64,000 bases of DNA, from positions 16,554,001 to 16,618,000 of the forward strand of contig OZ076416.1 of NCBI GenBank assembly GCA_964187785.1, given 5' to 3'. The notes below the pieces were generated by a model. It was not told the DNA's origin. It was given only the letters and a program-made list of their open reading frames with translations, and searched no databases. The translations under genes and the position numbers were made by a program. This document shows positions 36,878-48,768 of the stretch, one piece after another (the first letter of the stretch is position 1; each line of letters starts with the position of its first letter). Source of the DNA: Amphiscolops sp. MND2022. Lineage: Eukaryota.

Positions 36878-37829
36878 CTTACCGCTTGAAAGACTTCCGG
36901 AAGCAAGTTTAAAATTCAACTATTTCACACAGCGTGTTATTATTTCACGATGGAGGAAGACACTTAGTCAATTGCGAACCCTGATCATGTTCAATTTTGG
37001 CAAATTAAAAGAACCAATCTGATGCTTTTTCCATGACGGAAAGGCAGAAATTTCAGTCTCAGCCAGGAAAAGAAGATAAGTTGACCCGACCAGTGATAAG
37101 TATGTTGGGATTCTCACGCAGTTGAAATAGTCTTCAGCAACCTCTGAGGTTAACTGTATGATTATTGAAATTCCAGGTCAAGAAATTCCTCTCGCTCGTA
37201 AATGTGGATGACCCAAAGTCAACGGGACTGCATACGGATTTTGGTACTCACTGACAGTGTGGATCAGTCGACGACAATGTGTAATCAGATATTCTGCTAA
37301 TCAACTCCCAATTTCTTTTTGATTAAATTCTCACGAGTAATATGAAGGGGAATGGTTAATTCGGACAATTCAAATTCAAAAATTTACAAACTGTGCTAGC
37401 TGAGAGAATAATCTCGCAATTTGTGCGAGAATCCTAGTAGCAATTCCAAGACTAAATTGGAAAGCAGGACTAAAGCAAGAGACTGCATCAAATCCTGACT
37501 GGAATTAACTCAAATCAGTTGAAAGTCCTTGGAAGTTATGTTCAATTGCTAATTATGACATTGAAGCAGAACTATATTGGACACAATATGAACAACTGGA
37601 TTTCAAAGATGAGTACGATACTGTGATTAGATGACGTAATGGCCGTTACCATCTGTCAATCATAATTATCATTTACTTAAGCTGACTGTACATCCGCTTG
37701 ACTACTACTTATTACTTACTTATTAAAAATTACATTATAGGACAATAAGTCCGTTTGACTGCAAACGAATACATGTACTCACTTATTGGAAAAGTTGGTC
37801 CGGCAATACACCTAGCCTCATTCCTCCAT

Positions 37830-37980
37830 ATTGTGACGTCACACATGTTGAATGACCAACGGTCAACCGGACTGCATTCAGTTACTCACATGCACACAAT
37901 CGCTTAGAGAGAATTAAAATCACTCCCACTTTGTGACGTCACCCACGCTGTCTGACCACCGGTCAGCTGGACAGCAATGA
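37830..37980. promoter_or_regulatory. Duplicated module (100-bp period) with CRE palindrome and TGACC-N3-GGTCA
   Basis: TGACGTCA at 37834 and 37934; TGACC-AAC-GGTCA at 37853 and TGACC-ACC-GGTCA at 37953. Lies between the two divergent ORFs. Confidence 0.55.
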
Positions 37981-38866
37981 CCTACTAACTTGAATTCATC
38001 CCATTGGCTGGGACACAATAGGCCTCTGGAATGAAATGAAGTAATTACCAGAAACTATCCTCATTAAAGGACGCTGAGTCCATTTGACCGCCTCAATTCC
38101 TTAACTCTCACCCATTATGAAAATTTAAACCAAATTACGGGTATTGACACAGATAATTCACTTCGTACAAGAAACCTTTAGTACATGAAGAAGTCGTGGC
38201 TAAATACAAATTAACTGAAATTCAGATTTCACGCTTTTCCTAAAAAAATCTACACTGTGATGTCTTCTTGTTCAATTGAACCTGCCAGTGAAGTGAGATT
38301 GTCAAGTAACATCATTTCATTTTCGTTTAATTGGATTCATAATCAAACTTTAACCGCGATCATCATATCTTTTCTTCAGTCATTATCAGTTATCATTTAG
38401 CAAATTAATTCGGTTTCATTTATTTAATTTCATTCTTTCATTTTCATTCATTCATCAACGCCCTCTGATTGGTCATCACGCGGACTGCCGTCAGGCAGAC
38501 CGACTGTCTTTGAACTACTAGTATTGACGAATATTAATGTTTGTAAACACTCATCCGACTGGTTAACACCGCTTAATATATCTTTGAAGGGGAAAGCAAA
38601 CTACCTTCAAGTGGTACTTGACGAGCGATTCTCACAACTCATTCATAATTTGTTGATGACCAACTTATTTTATTCGACCCTAAAAGGGAAAGTTAAGGAA
38701 ATGTTTTGGAGGATTTCCCTCCACCCGTTCCCGCGGAAAAGGGGAGTTGACCCAAGGTCTAACGGACTAGAACGATTCAGTCATAGAATCCAAAATCTAG
38801 TAATCAGTCGCTCAAGATCGAACCAAAATTGCAAACAAACTTCTCCTCAGCCGATACAGCAGAGAT

Positions 38867-39694
38867 ATGTCTCTTCAATTCAAGATAGAAGAATATCCAA
38901 GATCCCTAGTCAGCTCAGCCTACGCTTCCTCTGATGAAGACATGGACATAGACTCAGTGATTTCGATCCAAGATCAGTGGGACAGGGAATCGGGTGATGA
39001 TGAAATTCAGGTACTGACCTGTTATCACGAGAATCCACCGTTCCCCCCGCAACTTGTAGCAGGAAGGACAATGACGACCAGCCTGACCCAATGTCTTGAT
39101 GACTTGAGCTTGCCGTCAACCCATTGTAATGATACCATTGACACTTTCACCGAACCCTCAGGTGAACTGGTCAATTGGCCGATAGGGCACCCACCTGCAA
39201 CTTATGACCATCAACCAATTGAATACCATCCAACCGCAGACTGTGGTCAACTCAACCCAGTAGTCGTGTCACCCGCATCACCCCCTTTGATTGACCACAT
39301 GCCATCCTATCAGTACGAAAACCAGTACCAACCTGGGCACTACATTGACCAGTGGGCACGTAATCCTCACATCACCGGCCTAGCTATTTCAGCTAGCGGT
39401 TCCTGTGGACAATCCAACGATGTGTACCACTCTGACTGTATCGTCTGCGGCAAGTCTTTCCCAGAAATCACTGAAGAAATTACGCTGGGATACCTAGAAG
39501 GCAATCACGTCACAGGCGAAACGTACGACCAACGGATGGAGAGGAGACGAGCGTTTCAAGCTGGTATGAAGGCAGGTTCCTTCATTTTATTCCCCCAGGG
39601 AGTGTCGCAGGCTGCCGCCTGTTACGGCACATACTACCAGGTCACTCCAACTAATGACCAAAGCAACCCCGGACCAGGAGTCTTACCTATATAA
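38867..39694 (+). CDS. Sense accessory ORF (275 aa, unknown) ending 92 nt inside the 3' LTR
   Basis: Uninterrupted ATG-to-TAA frame with acidic N-terminus, Pro-rich middle and HSDCIVCGK (CxxC) followed by a helical C-terminal segment. Confidence 0.65.
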   Translation: MSLQFKIEEYPRSLVSSAYASSDEDMDIDSVISIQDQWDRESGDDEIQVLTCYHENPPFPPQLVAGRTMTTSLTQCLDDLSLPSTHCNDTIDTFTEPSGELVNWPIGHPPATYDHQPIEYHPTADCGQLNPVVVSPASPPLIDHMPSYQYENQYQPGHYIDQWARNPHITGLAISASGSCGQSNDVYHSDCIVCGKSFPEITEEITLGYLEGNHVTGETYDQRMERRRAFQAGMKAGSFILFPQGVSQAAACYGTYYQVTPTNDQSNPGPGVLPI

Positions 39695-41175
39695 AACACT
39701 CTCAAACTTTTAGAGCCTCAAAACAGTCAACTGACATTTACTTGTATTGATAAACTGATACGATATTAATTGCAAGCAACATCTAATGTTTTACTAATTT
39801 GACCTGTAGTCATGTAGACCGTATGAAATGTTCATTGTATTTATTTGACGCCTTTCATGGTGCAAAAGGAAACACATTCTGCTAAGAAAGCGTTGCAGTC
39901 TAATTGACGTGTTGTCCACCATGATCACATACGGCGCTAATAATGATTTTAGTACACTCATGCAGTCATTGTGACGCATAGTCGTATTTGAACTTCAAGT
40001 AACTTGCAGTGCTAATTAAGCTATTTGGTGCCGTCAATTTGACGTTAGGTCAACATGTTCTTTCATGCTGTTTGATATCTATTTGATATGGATATTTTGA
40101 CGCGATGTAGCACCGCGTACATGAATTCACTAGTGATAGTTCGTAAACCACTTAAACTACTTCAATTCTATTTTTAGTGCATTACGTAATGTGACGCAAT
40201 GTATGATTTGTAGCTATTTATAGCGAATATGATGTCATGTATAAATTTAGGTCCTTGACATTCCAAACAATGAGTGTCATGGTCCGAATACTATATAAGC
40301 TCGGATGCATTTGTGGATGTAATCATTGTTGATATTGCGAACGCTATTAAAACTGACAATTTCATACACTTTACCATTAGTCAATTCATTGTTGAAAATA
40401 AAGCGAACTTTCTTCACTATGCCTTCAACTAGAAAGCAGAAAGCTAAAGAAAGGAGAGCAAGGCAATCAGACGTAATGTCAGATATTGAAAACCTTGAAG
40501 TTATGCTTGGGAGCTATTCTAGAGATGCTCTAGTAGAGCAAGGTAATGTTAGTGATGTAGAAAGGGACTTTGAGTCTAGTAGACACCAGCAAAATAGTGA
40601 TCTAATTGAAGGGAACATCAGGTCACTTTTAAATGCTAATGAAAGCGAGAACAGTGAAATCACTGCAGAAACTATGAGGGTGATTAATTCGGAAATTTCC
40701 TCCCAAATGTCTAGAAAAATAGATGAAATTAGATCTGACTTAAATTTGCAAATATTGGATGCTATTAACTCAGCAATCCAAGAAAAGGTGCTTCCTTCCA
40801 TTGAAAATGCGCTAAAACCAGTTAAAACAGCTTCAAATGCAAAATGGGGCCTTCGGTCAGATGGACCGCAGTCGAGCAGGGTGAATCAGCCAGACCTGCA
40901 ATATGACCTGAAGTCAGGCGGACTGCACAAAAGCAAGAAAGCTCAAATGAGCAAATACATTGACCTTAGGTCAGATGGACTGCATCTGGACAGATTCGGC
41001 CAGGATGCTCACGTATGTGACCCTCGGTCAGATAGACCGCACCAAAGCGAAAATACGCAATCTAACCTAGAAACAGGTGAAAATCGCTCTAAAATGAGTT
41101 TTAAAGAAAGTAACCGTGCCAATCATCTCAGAGAGAGTTCAATAGACTCTATTGAGAGTGAAGATGGTTACGACA
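39603..41175 (+). repeat. 3' LTR (1573 bp), complete
   Basis: TGTCGC...TACGACA termini, followed by ATGAC (TSD copy). Confidence 0.9.
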
Positions 41176-41201
41176 ATGACCTTGAGAAACAGTCAGGGTG
41201 A
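40419..41201 (+). CDS. ORF1 copy within the 3' LTR (252 codons with no stop inside the LTR; terminates in flanking DNA)
   Basis: Same sequence as 34406 onward; open through the LTR end at 41175. Confidence 0.6.
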   Translation: MPSTRKQKAKERRARQSDVMSDIENLEVMLGSYSRDALVEQGNVSDVERDFESSRHQQNSDLIEGNIRSLLNANESENSEITAETMRVINSEISSQMSRKIDEIRSDLNLQILDAINSAIQEKVLPSIENALKPVKTASNAKWGLRSDGPQSSRVNQPDLQYDLKSGGLHKSKKAQMSKYIDLRSDGLHLDRFGQDAHVCDPRSDRPHQSENTQSNLETGENRSKMSFKESNRANHLRESSIDSIESEDGYDNDLEKQSG

Positions 41202-42199
41202 TCTCATGGTGAATAAGCTGCACCTTTTTTGCTCTATAAACTTTTTGATTTCACTAGAATCAGTCTCTGAAACTTCCATTGTACTTTTCGTTTTTCAAAA
41301 TGCTCAAACTCTTTTTTTTACAATCTTCTTTAGCTTTAAAAATCTTGATTCCAATCCCCATTGTCTATTCGAACCTAGGAAATCTCGTCGATAACAACTC
41401 GCTGAAATCAAATCGTGGAAATTTCAAAGCGAAAAACTCGTCGAATTGCATGCAACTCGCTGAAAATCTTGCAGCTGCAATTTTTAGCAAACATGGTTGT
41501 GTTTTTGTGATTGTGCTGTTTTGTACACAAAAATATTGCACTGTAAACTATAACAGTAAGGCATTTCAAACAGTTATACAACTACCAAAGTCCTATAATA
41601 TTGATTTTGCGGTTTTTACTCCAGAAACAACACGTGCAAACCAAATTTGACACTTTTCGGCAAGAAGTCTGCAAAAACTGGAGTGTCACAGCAATAAATA
41701 TCTCTAAGTCGGAGCTCAGGTTGTCTGTCATGGCTTTTTCATAGAATTTCATTCATGATCATGAATTTGTCTATACAATACTTCGGGTTCCTTGGAAAAA
41801 TATGGATGGGTCATGGCAGAATTTTGCGCCATGGATTAATCAGCCATGATTTTCAGCCTCATCCATCCACTTTCTGGCATGGTGAAATTTCGCTACGTCG
41901 GAGAAAATTACTTTCTTCGTGTCAGAAGGTCTTGTGTTCCTCTTGGCGTCTTGGAACAAAGTCAGGAGTGATTACCTGTTTTCATTTTTTATTTCAGAGA
42001 GATATTTCAGAAACCGACGTTTTAGTAGCGGAAAGAGATCTACTATCACAGTAATTTTTGCGGGAAAATGGTCTAAAATCATTGTATACTGATTCCAGAA
42101 CTTATTCCACCAAAATTGCGATTTTGCATCTTATACCATCAAGTTGGTCAAATTGCACTTCATTCCCCCGTTCCAGTGGTGGTTACTGTTCTGAATAGA

Positions 42200-45100
42200 T
42201 TTTCAATTGAAATCGATGAGTCATTGCTTCAAACAAATGAGTTCCAACTATAATTCAAACTTTTGAAAGATCATACATGTATCAAAGATGAATGTTTTCC
42301 CCGCTTTTTGTGAATACGTTCATATGTGTTTCCAGTTTTCTAACATCCTGAGTGTTTTAATTGCTAAAATCAACATTTCCGGAAATAAAATTTTTTACTT
42401 TTTTTCCCTTTACTATTACTTTTCTGGCTGATGGAGCGGCCTGGTCTGCCTCTAAAAGATTAGGGCTATCAGTGAGACACAATTTGGTCCGCCGACCCGG
42501 ACATACGAACTTTGAACATTCGAAAAGAAACTACTTTTCGGAACTTTGTCCCTTAAGTTGTCCACTAAGTAACACTTGATTGTCAAGTAACTAATTACCG
42601 AGTAACTCACACGCAAACCCTTCAACCTGCTAGTCTCAGCTTCATTCAGAATTGATCGTCATGCTCCGGTTAGCTTTTTCCATTTTGCAACTTAAAGGCA
42701 ATTCGTTTCTTCGACGGTGAAAAAAATGTGGATCCCCTGATAGTTTGGGCTTTATTATTACCTCCTGAAATTTCGCATACAAATAAAGTCACATTTTTAT
42801 GAAGTTTCTGATCGACAATCAGGTTAACCCTGGCAAACATAGAGAACTTCACTCATGATAAATGTTATCGGTGCAAGTACACTAAAAACGAGCTTTACAA
42901 AATTTGGATAATGTTATTCGAAATACACTTGAAAACTATATCACAGCCATTCCTTCTTTGAGTTTGAACCCCCATGCTCAACGTGATACGCTCAAATAGT
43001 CTTTTCTACTGGATCATGGTATTCGTAAGAATACGAATCAGTTAGTTATTTGGCATGACACCCTGAACAACTCCTTGACTCCCCATAAATCAAACAACAA
43101 TACCGCTCTTACCCCATAGGAATTAGCAACTGAAATGTTGAAATTTAAATCACGTATAGCTTTGGTCTATTGTGAACGTATCAGTGCACCACTTGCATTT
43201 GATGATTTTCGTGATCAAGATTTCACTTTTTTTAAAAGCAAAGTTTGAAAAAATAATGTTGGAAAATTTTATCATATCCGGTGAGTTGAATTCGGTGTTG
43301 TCACTTGATGATTAGCTCATCGGTGGCCAATCCAATTCGACTTTGAGGATTATTCAATTTGTTTGTTCATCGTTCGCGCTAGTGTTGTATTGTAATCAGA
43401 AAATTATCTGTAATTGAACGTAGTGATTCCACCCAACCAGCCACTGATGATAGGAATCTTAGCCGCATCAGAGGTAGTCACACAGGTGCTTTCACTAGAT
43501 TGGAACACAAAGTTGACGATTTCTCGGTCACTGCTATTGACTCTTCCACTGAATTATTTCAAGGTGAAGATGAAGACATTACAAGATCGACTTCCATTGA
43601 TTCCTAAATTCGATGCGGAAATAGATTTATTGATAGAAGATGAAGATGATTCAGTCAGTGAATTGGAACAGCAAACGGAGTTCCTTGTTTCTGCTAGTGT
43701 TACCATTGGTAGGTTGTCTGCATTGATTGAGAAATATGAAACGGAATGTGATAGATCTTCGCGTGAGTTTCAACAGACCCTTTTTCATCAAATTTCGCCA
43801 CATTGGGTAGAATGAAGCTTCCGAAACTTCAATTACCAACTTTCACTGGATCATACACTGACTGGATTTGTTTTTTCGACCTGTTCCCTGCCTCCGTTGA
43901 TTCAAATTTATACCTCTCCAATTCAAAAAAAGCTGAACTATTTGAAGGCCTGTCTAAAGGGTGAAGCAGCGAGATCAATTAGTTCATTCTCGACAACTGA
44001 CGCAAGCTACAATATTGCTTTGAACAAGTGTTGAATATTGCTTTCAAAAACTACCAACTACTTACCAATGAGATTGACGAGCACTTGTTGAACTTGGTCA
44101 ACCAATAGAGCATTGGAATGCTATCTTAGTCTTTGTTCTGACCAACAAAATGAATCCAGAGTCTTGCTGATAGACGTACGTTCGTTGAAAACAAAAAAAC
44201 AATGTTGTAACTGCTTCCAATTAAGACACTCGTCTAAAGCGTGCCCATCTAAGTGAGTGCAAAATGAAACACTACAGCTTGCTTAATCGACCTCATAAAA
44301 CAGCTCCCTGATCAACACACCATTAAAAAGTCTTTTTCAAGTATGATTCCAACTTCCAACAAAATGGAATCTACTAAGCAATTCACCACATGGCACTTTA
44401 GTGCTGACAATGAAATAAACACTGTTCTTCTCTCTTCATCGCTTGTAACAATCATATTGGAAACTCATCGGCAGACGCGATCAAGATTAAGATGTTGCAA
44501 AAGCGCTCATGCTGCCAACTCAGCGCAGCCTGATAAAAAATTCAACCATGGGTCCTTCCTATTTTCAAAAGACTCGAGGCTTATTGTCAGTGAAGTTGAA
44601 TGACACTATCGAAGTTAACCTTCACCTCATACCAAAAACCTCAAATACCATTCACAATAAAGAAATCGACGTTTCGACCATGCGCCATGTGAACAATCTC
44701 AACTTAGCTGATCCCACTTTCAACGTTCCTGGTAAAGTCGATCTCTTGGTAGGTGCAGATGTTATAGAAGATTTTTTGCTTGTTAACATAATAAAAGATA
44801 AAGGCTTGTGCATTCAGGATTCCATGTTTTGGTTGGGTTTTGTCTGATCCTGTGTACTCGTCTGGCAGTAACAACGTTGTGTCTCACGTGACTACAACCC
44901 ATATGACTACTTTACTTTGGATAAGAGTCGTTGTGAAGAGTACTTTGATAACACTACAAGACGCAATGAAGACCGCCGTTTTGTAGTACAGATGCCATTT
45001 AAATATGGACCCCACAACTTAGGCCTTTCGAAAGCGAACGCAATGAAGCGTTTCATTCGTTTTAGATATACATTGCGACACAATGTCGATGTTTTTCGTA

Positions 45101-47845
45101 AGTATTCAGCTTTTATTCGAGATTTCATTGACCTTGGACACTTGGCGAAAGTCCAACCCATGGGGATTTAAAATGCTCCAATCTTCTACTTGCCTCATCA
45201 TCTCGTACTGGAAGATAGTACAACCATAAAGTTGCGTGTTGTAGTTGATGCTTGTGCTAAAACGACAACTGGTTTTTCACTTATTGATTGTTTGCTTGAA
45301 CCCAAACTTCAAGATATTTGTGTAATATTCTTGTACGATTCCGTTTTCTCAAAGTTGCTTTTTCAGCTGATGTTCCGAAAATGTATCAGCAAGTTGAGCT
45401 GGATAAAGCCAATTGGGACTTTCATCGGCTTCTTTGGAGCTGAGGGACAGATTGAAACTTTACGCATGACCAGAGTTACATATGGCGTAGCTTCCTCATC
45501 GTATCATTCAATCCGGTCTTTGCAAAAATTTGCCAATCATTCAGAAGTACCCTCTGACGTGGAAAGAGCTATAATGAGTGATCTTTATGTTGATGACATT
45601 CTCACTGGACTCAATTCGATTGATTAAGCTCGAATACTCCAGAAACCATTAGTAGAAATTCTTAAACGAGGAAGATTTGATCTCCGCAACTGGACTTCGA
45701 ACGAATCAAGCAATATTTTAGACCTTCCGCCGGAGTGAGCAAATGAAAAATAGGAAATTTTAGTGAAAGACCATACAATTAGAACGCTCGGTATTTTTTG
45801 TCAACACTGCGAACATCGCTTTGTTTTTGAGCTTTCCCACATCGAAAAGAATAACTTTGAAAGAAAGGTATCGACCAAACGAAAAATGCTCACTGACATT
45901 TCGAAGACTTTCGACCCAATGGGTTGATTATCATCAATTACCGTTTTCTTGAAACAGTTGATGCAAAGGGCTTGGGAAGCAAGTATTTCATGGGATGATC
46001 AAGTTCCCTTCGAAGTGCAAACAAATTGAATTGGAATCATGTGGGTACCGAGGAAAATCCTGAGCATCCTGCATCTCGAGGAGTTAATCCATGACTTATG
46101 ATGGAATGGTCAGAAGTGGTTAATAACAGGGGAAGATCCCAAATCGTTTTCAATTGGTGAAACGTCTGATGAGCTGAAAAAGTCGACTCTAACAACGCGA
46201 ATTAACAGTTTTTATGACTCTGTGGATCACAGGGAAATCACAAAAGATGTTGTTGATATGTCAAAGTTTAACTCCCTAAACAATGTACTTCGAAAACTGG
46301 CTCACGCTAGGCGTTTTATCAACAAACCAAAGAAGAACGTGGTTGTTTCACTGCCCCAGATTTGGAAAAGTCAATCTTAAATTTGATTCGCCAGGAACAA
46401 AAGAAGCGATATTCAGACGAAATCCGAGGTCACGGAAGAAATTGCACAACAAGTGAAGCCTAAGAGTCAAATATGCAAATTATACACCTTTCTCGATAAT
46501 GGAGAACTTTGTGTTGGAGGAAGATTAGTACATGCAAAGTTGCCCGAAGAAAGCAAGTTTCAGTGACTAATTCTTCAAGACAATCACCTCGCACGCCTAG
46601 CTGTATTGAATTCTCACCAGCTGACACACCATGATGGGACTAGTCACATAATCGCCCATATCAGAACTCGTTTCTGGATTCCCCGTTGTAGAAATTTGGT
46701 TCAAAAAATAATAATGAAATGCGTCAATTGTATTTGCTTCAAGTCGAAGCCAGTTTCCTCCTTGAGTTTTCCCCAAACCCAAGAGTTGACCCAAACTCTA
46801 AAAGCTTTTTTGAGGACGTAGGCCAAAACTATGCAGGGCCTTTCTTTGTAGGAAATCTCCAAAATCTCCTGAAGAGTCCTACTTACTACTTCTTGTGTGC
46901 TTTGCCAGTAAAGCAGTTCACCTGTAAGTAGTGGCTGATCTCAGTACAGCACCATGTATTGCAGCCATTAGAAGATTCGTCTCTCGCAGATGTTGTCCTA
47001 AAAAGTTTTATAGTGACAATGAGCAAAACTTTGTTGGTTCAGAGAAAGAAGATGAACACTGTGACTCTTTGCAGACTGAAGCAGCTGGCTTGCTCATCGA
47101 GTGGTTCTTCATCCCTCCAAGAGCTCCTCACTTTGTTGGCCTATGGGAATCACCAATCAAGGGTGCAAAGATACAACTCCGAAAACTTATGGGAAACAAA
47201 TTTCTCTCCTTCGAAGAATTATGTACTCTGCTTTGTCAAATTGAAATGATTTTGAATTCAAGACCAATCTGCCCCTTATCAGATGATCAAAATGACGATT
47301 TTTTTTACTCCTGCTCGTTTCTGTTTGGGTGGAAAGTTGGAGAATTTACCTTTGAGCCAGACTACTAATGATTTGAAAAAGACTGACAGTACACTTTACT
47401 CTCAAGATTCAAGGATACAAATTCAGAATATGGTCCCTAATTTTTGGAAAAAAATCCGTCAAAGACTTTGTACTCTCACTACAAGAAAGAAAAAATGGAG
47501 ACATGAAACTTCTAACTTAGAAGTTGGTGATATTGTTTTTTTAATTGACGAAAATGTTCCTCCACTGCAGTGGTCGTGGCTAAAATTCAACATCTCTACA
47601 CTGTCCCAGACAAGTTTGTGAGAGTTGTAAAAATAAAAACTGCTACAAGAATCTACAATCGATGCTAATTTCAAAGATTATTTCATATGACTTCGTTCTC
47701 TAACTATTATATTTGTCATACTATGCCCTATTTCATTGCGCTTACCCGTGTTATGTATTGATTTGAATTTCATTTGAAATCGTTGAGTCATTGCTTCAAA
47801 TAAATGAGTTCAAATTATAGTTCAAAATTGTAGAAGATCAAGCAC
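42200..47845 (+). mobile_element. Decayed BEL/Pao LTR retrotransposon
   Basis: Gag KLQLPTFTGSYTDW...KLNYLKACLKGEAA; RT YLPHHLV...KLRVVVDA, TRVTYG, LYVDDILTG; integrase YAGPF, RRFVSRR, SDNEQNFVG, WFFIPPRAPHFVGLWE, VGDIV. A direct repeat at about 42200-42275 and 47765-47840 may be LTR remnants. TTTGGTCC PBS-like site near 42483. Confidence 0.9.
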
Positions 47846-48272
47846 CAGTGGTGTTCACTGGTTCTAAGTTGACCGGTTTAGATAGCAAAACTGCTTATAA
47901 CACCCGCAGTGTCTTTTTCGATTGCTCTTCAATTGTGTTCCATCATTCAGTTTTCTTCCCTCTTTATTCGATAATGGTGGTGCTACATATTGTTTCTGTT
48001 GCGTTGTCGAAAGTCCTATCACTGTCGGTTGATCTTTTTGAACAGCTATTTTGGGATTTTGGGCAAAAGAGAGTTCTTTGAGATCGTGATACACTTTTTC
48101 ATAACTGAAAAGGTCTATATCGATAGGATTCTATTTCCATTATCTTTCCGTTTTAGCGATGGTGCCATCTATTTTCCTCTTGTCGGTAGCCACAGTTGTG
48201 TCAATTGGTTTGCAATCGGCGGCTAGTCACTTGGCAGTAGCTATTTGTGAAAAGTTATGTGAACCTTTTCAC

Positions 48273-48768
48273 AACAAGCCGGGAGCGGCCCAAGTCGACG
48301 CCATATGTAAGGCTTAAAAATAGGAAAACGACTCCAAAATGTCAAAGTATTGGTGAATTGGGGACCCTTTTATGAAGAAACTTTTTTAAAAAGTCTCAGA
48401 ATGCCAAAAAACTGATTGGGGACCATTTGGGATTTTTGAACATCCCTTCTGTCGCAAAACGCCGAACAAATTGGAGTGTGGACCCTTTGGGGATAAAAGT
48501 GTTCCGGAAAAAATGTCCACAATGCCGAAAAAAACTCAAAGGTGTGACCCTTCAGTCTCGCCCGGTATTGTATGTTACGCAGAAAAACAGGAAAAACCTT
48601 TTTGGTTCACTTGGCTGGGCCAAATGGTTCAATTTGACATCATAAAATTTTGTAGAACTTGTAGAACTATTTTCGTCGCTTCAGGTGTATAAAAAAATAA
48701 TAAGAAAACAATGACGAAAAACCATGACTATAGTTGGCTCGTTTTAAGAAAACCGCCGACTACAAAAA
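48273..48768 (-). mobile_element. HINE-like element, copy 5 (diverged)
   Basis: Minus strand starts TTTTTGTAGTCGGCGG and ends GGCGTCGACTTG-GGCCGCTCCCGGCT-TGTT. Confidence 0.7.

Larger units (their letters stand above)
33585..41175 (+). mobile_element. Internally deleted (gag-pol-less) LTR retrotransposon, 7.6 kb, with 1.57-kb LTRs and accessory ORFs
   Basis: Direct repeats 33585-35047 and 39603-41060 are near-identical apart from scattered SNPs and a 5-bp indel. Termini TGTCG...CGACA; 5-bp flanks ATGAA/ATGAC. No RT, RNase H or integrase core. Confidence 0.88.
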
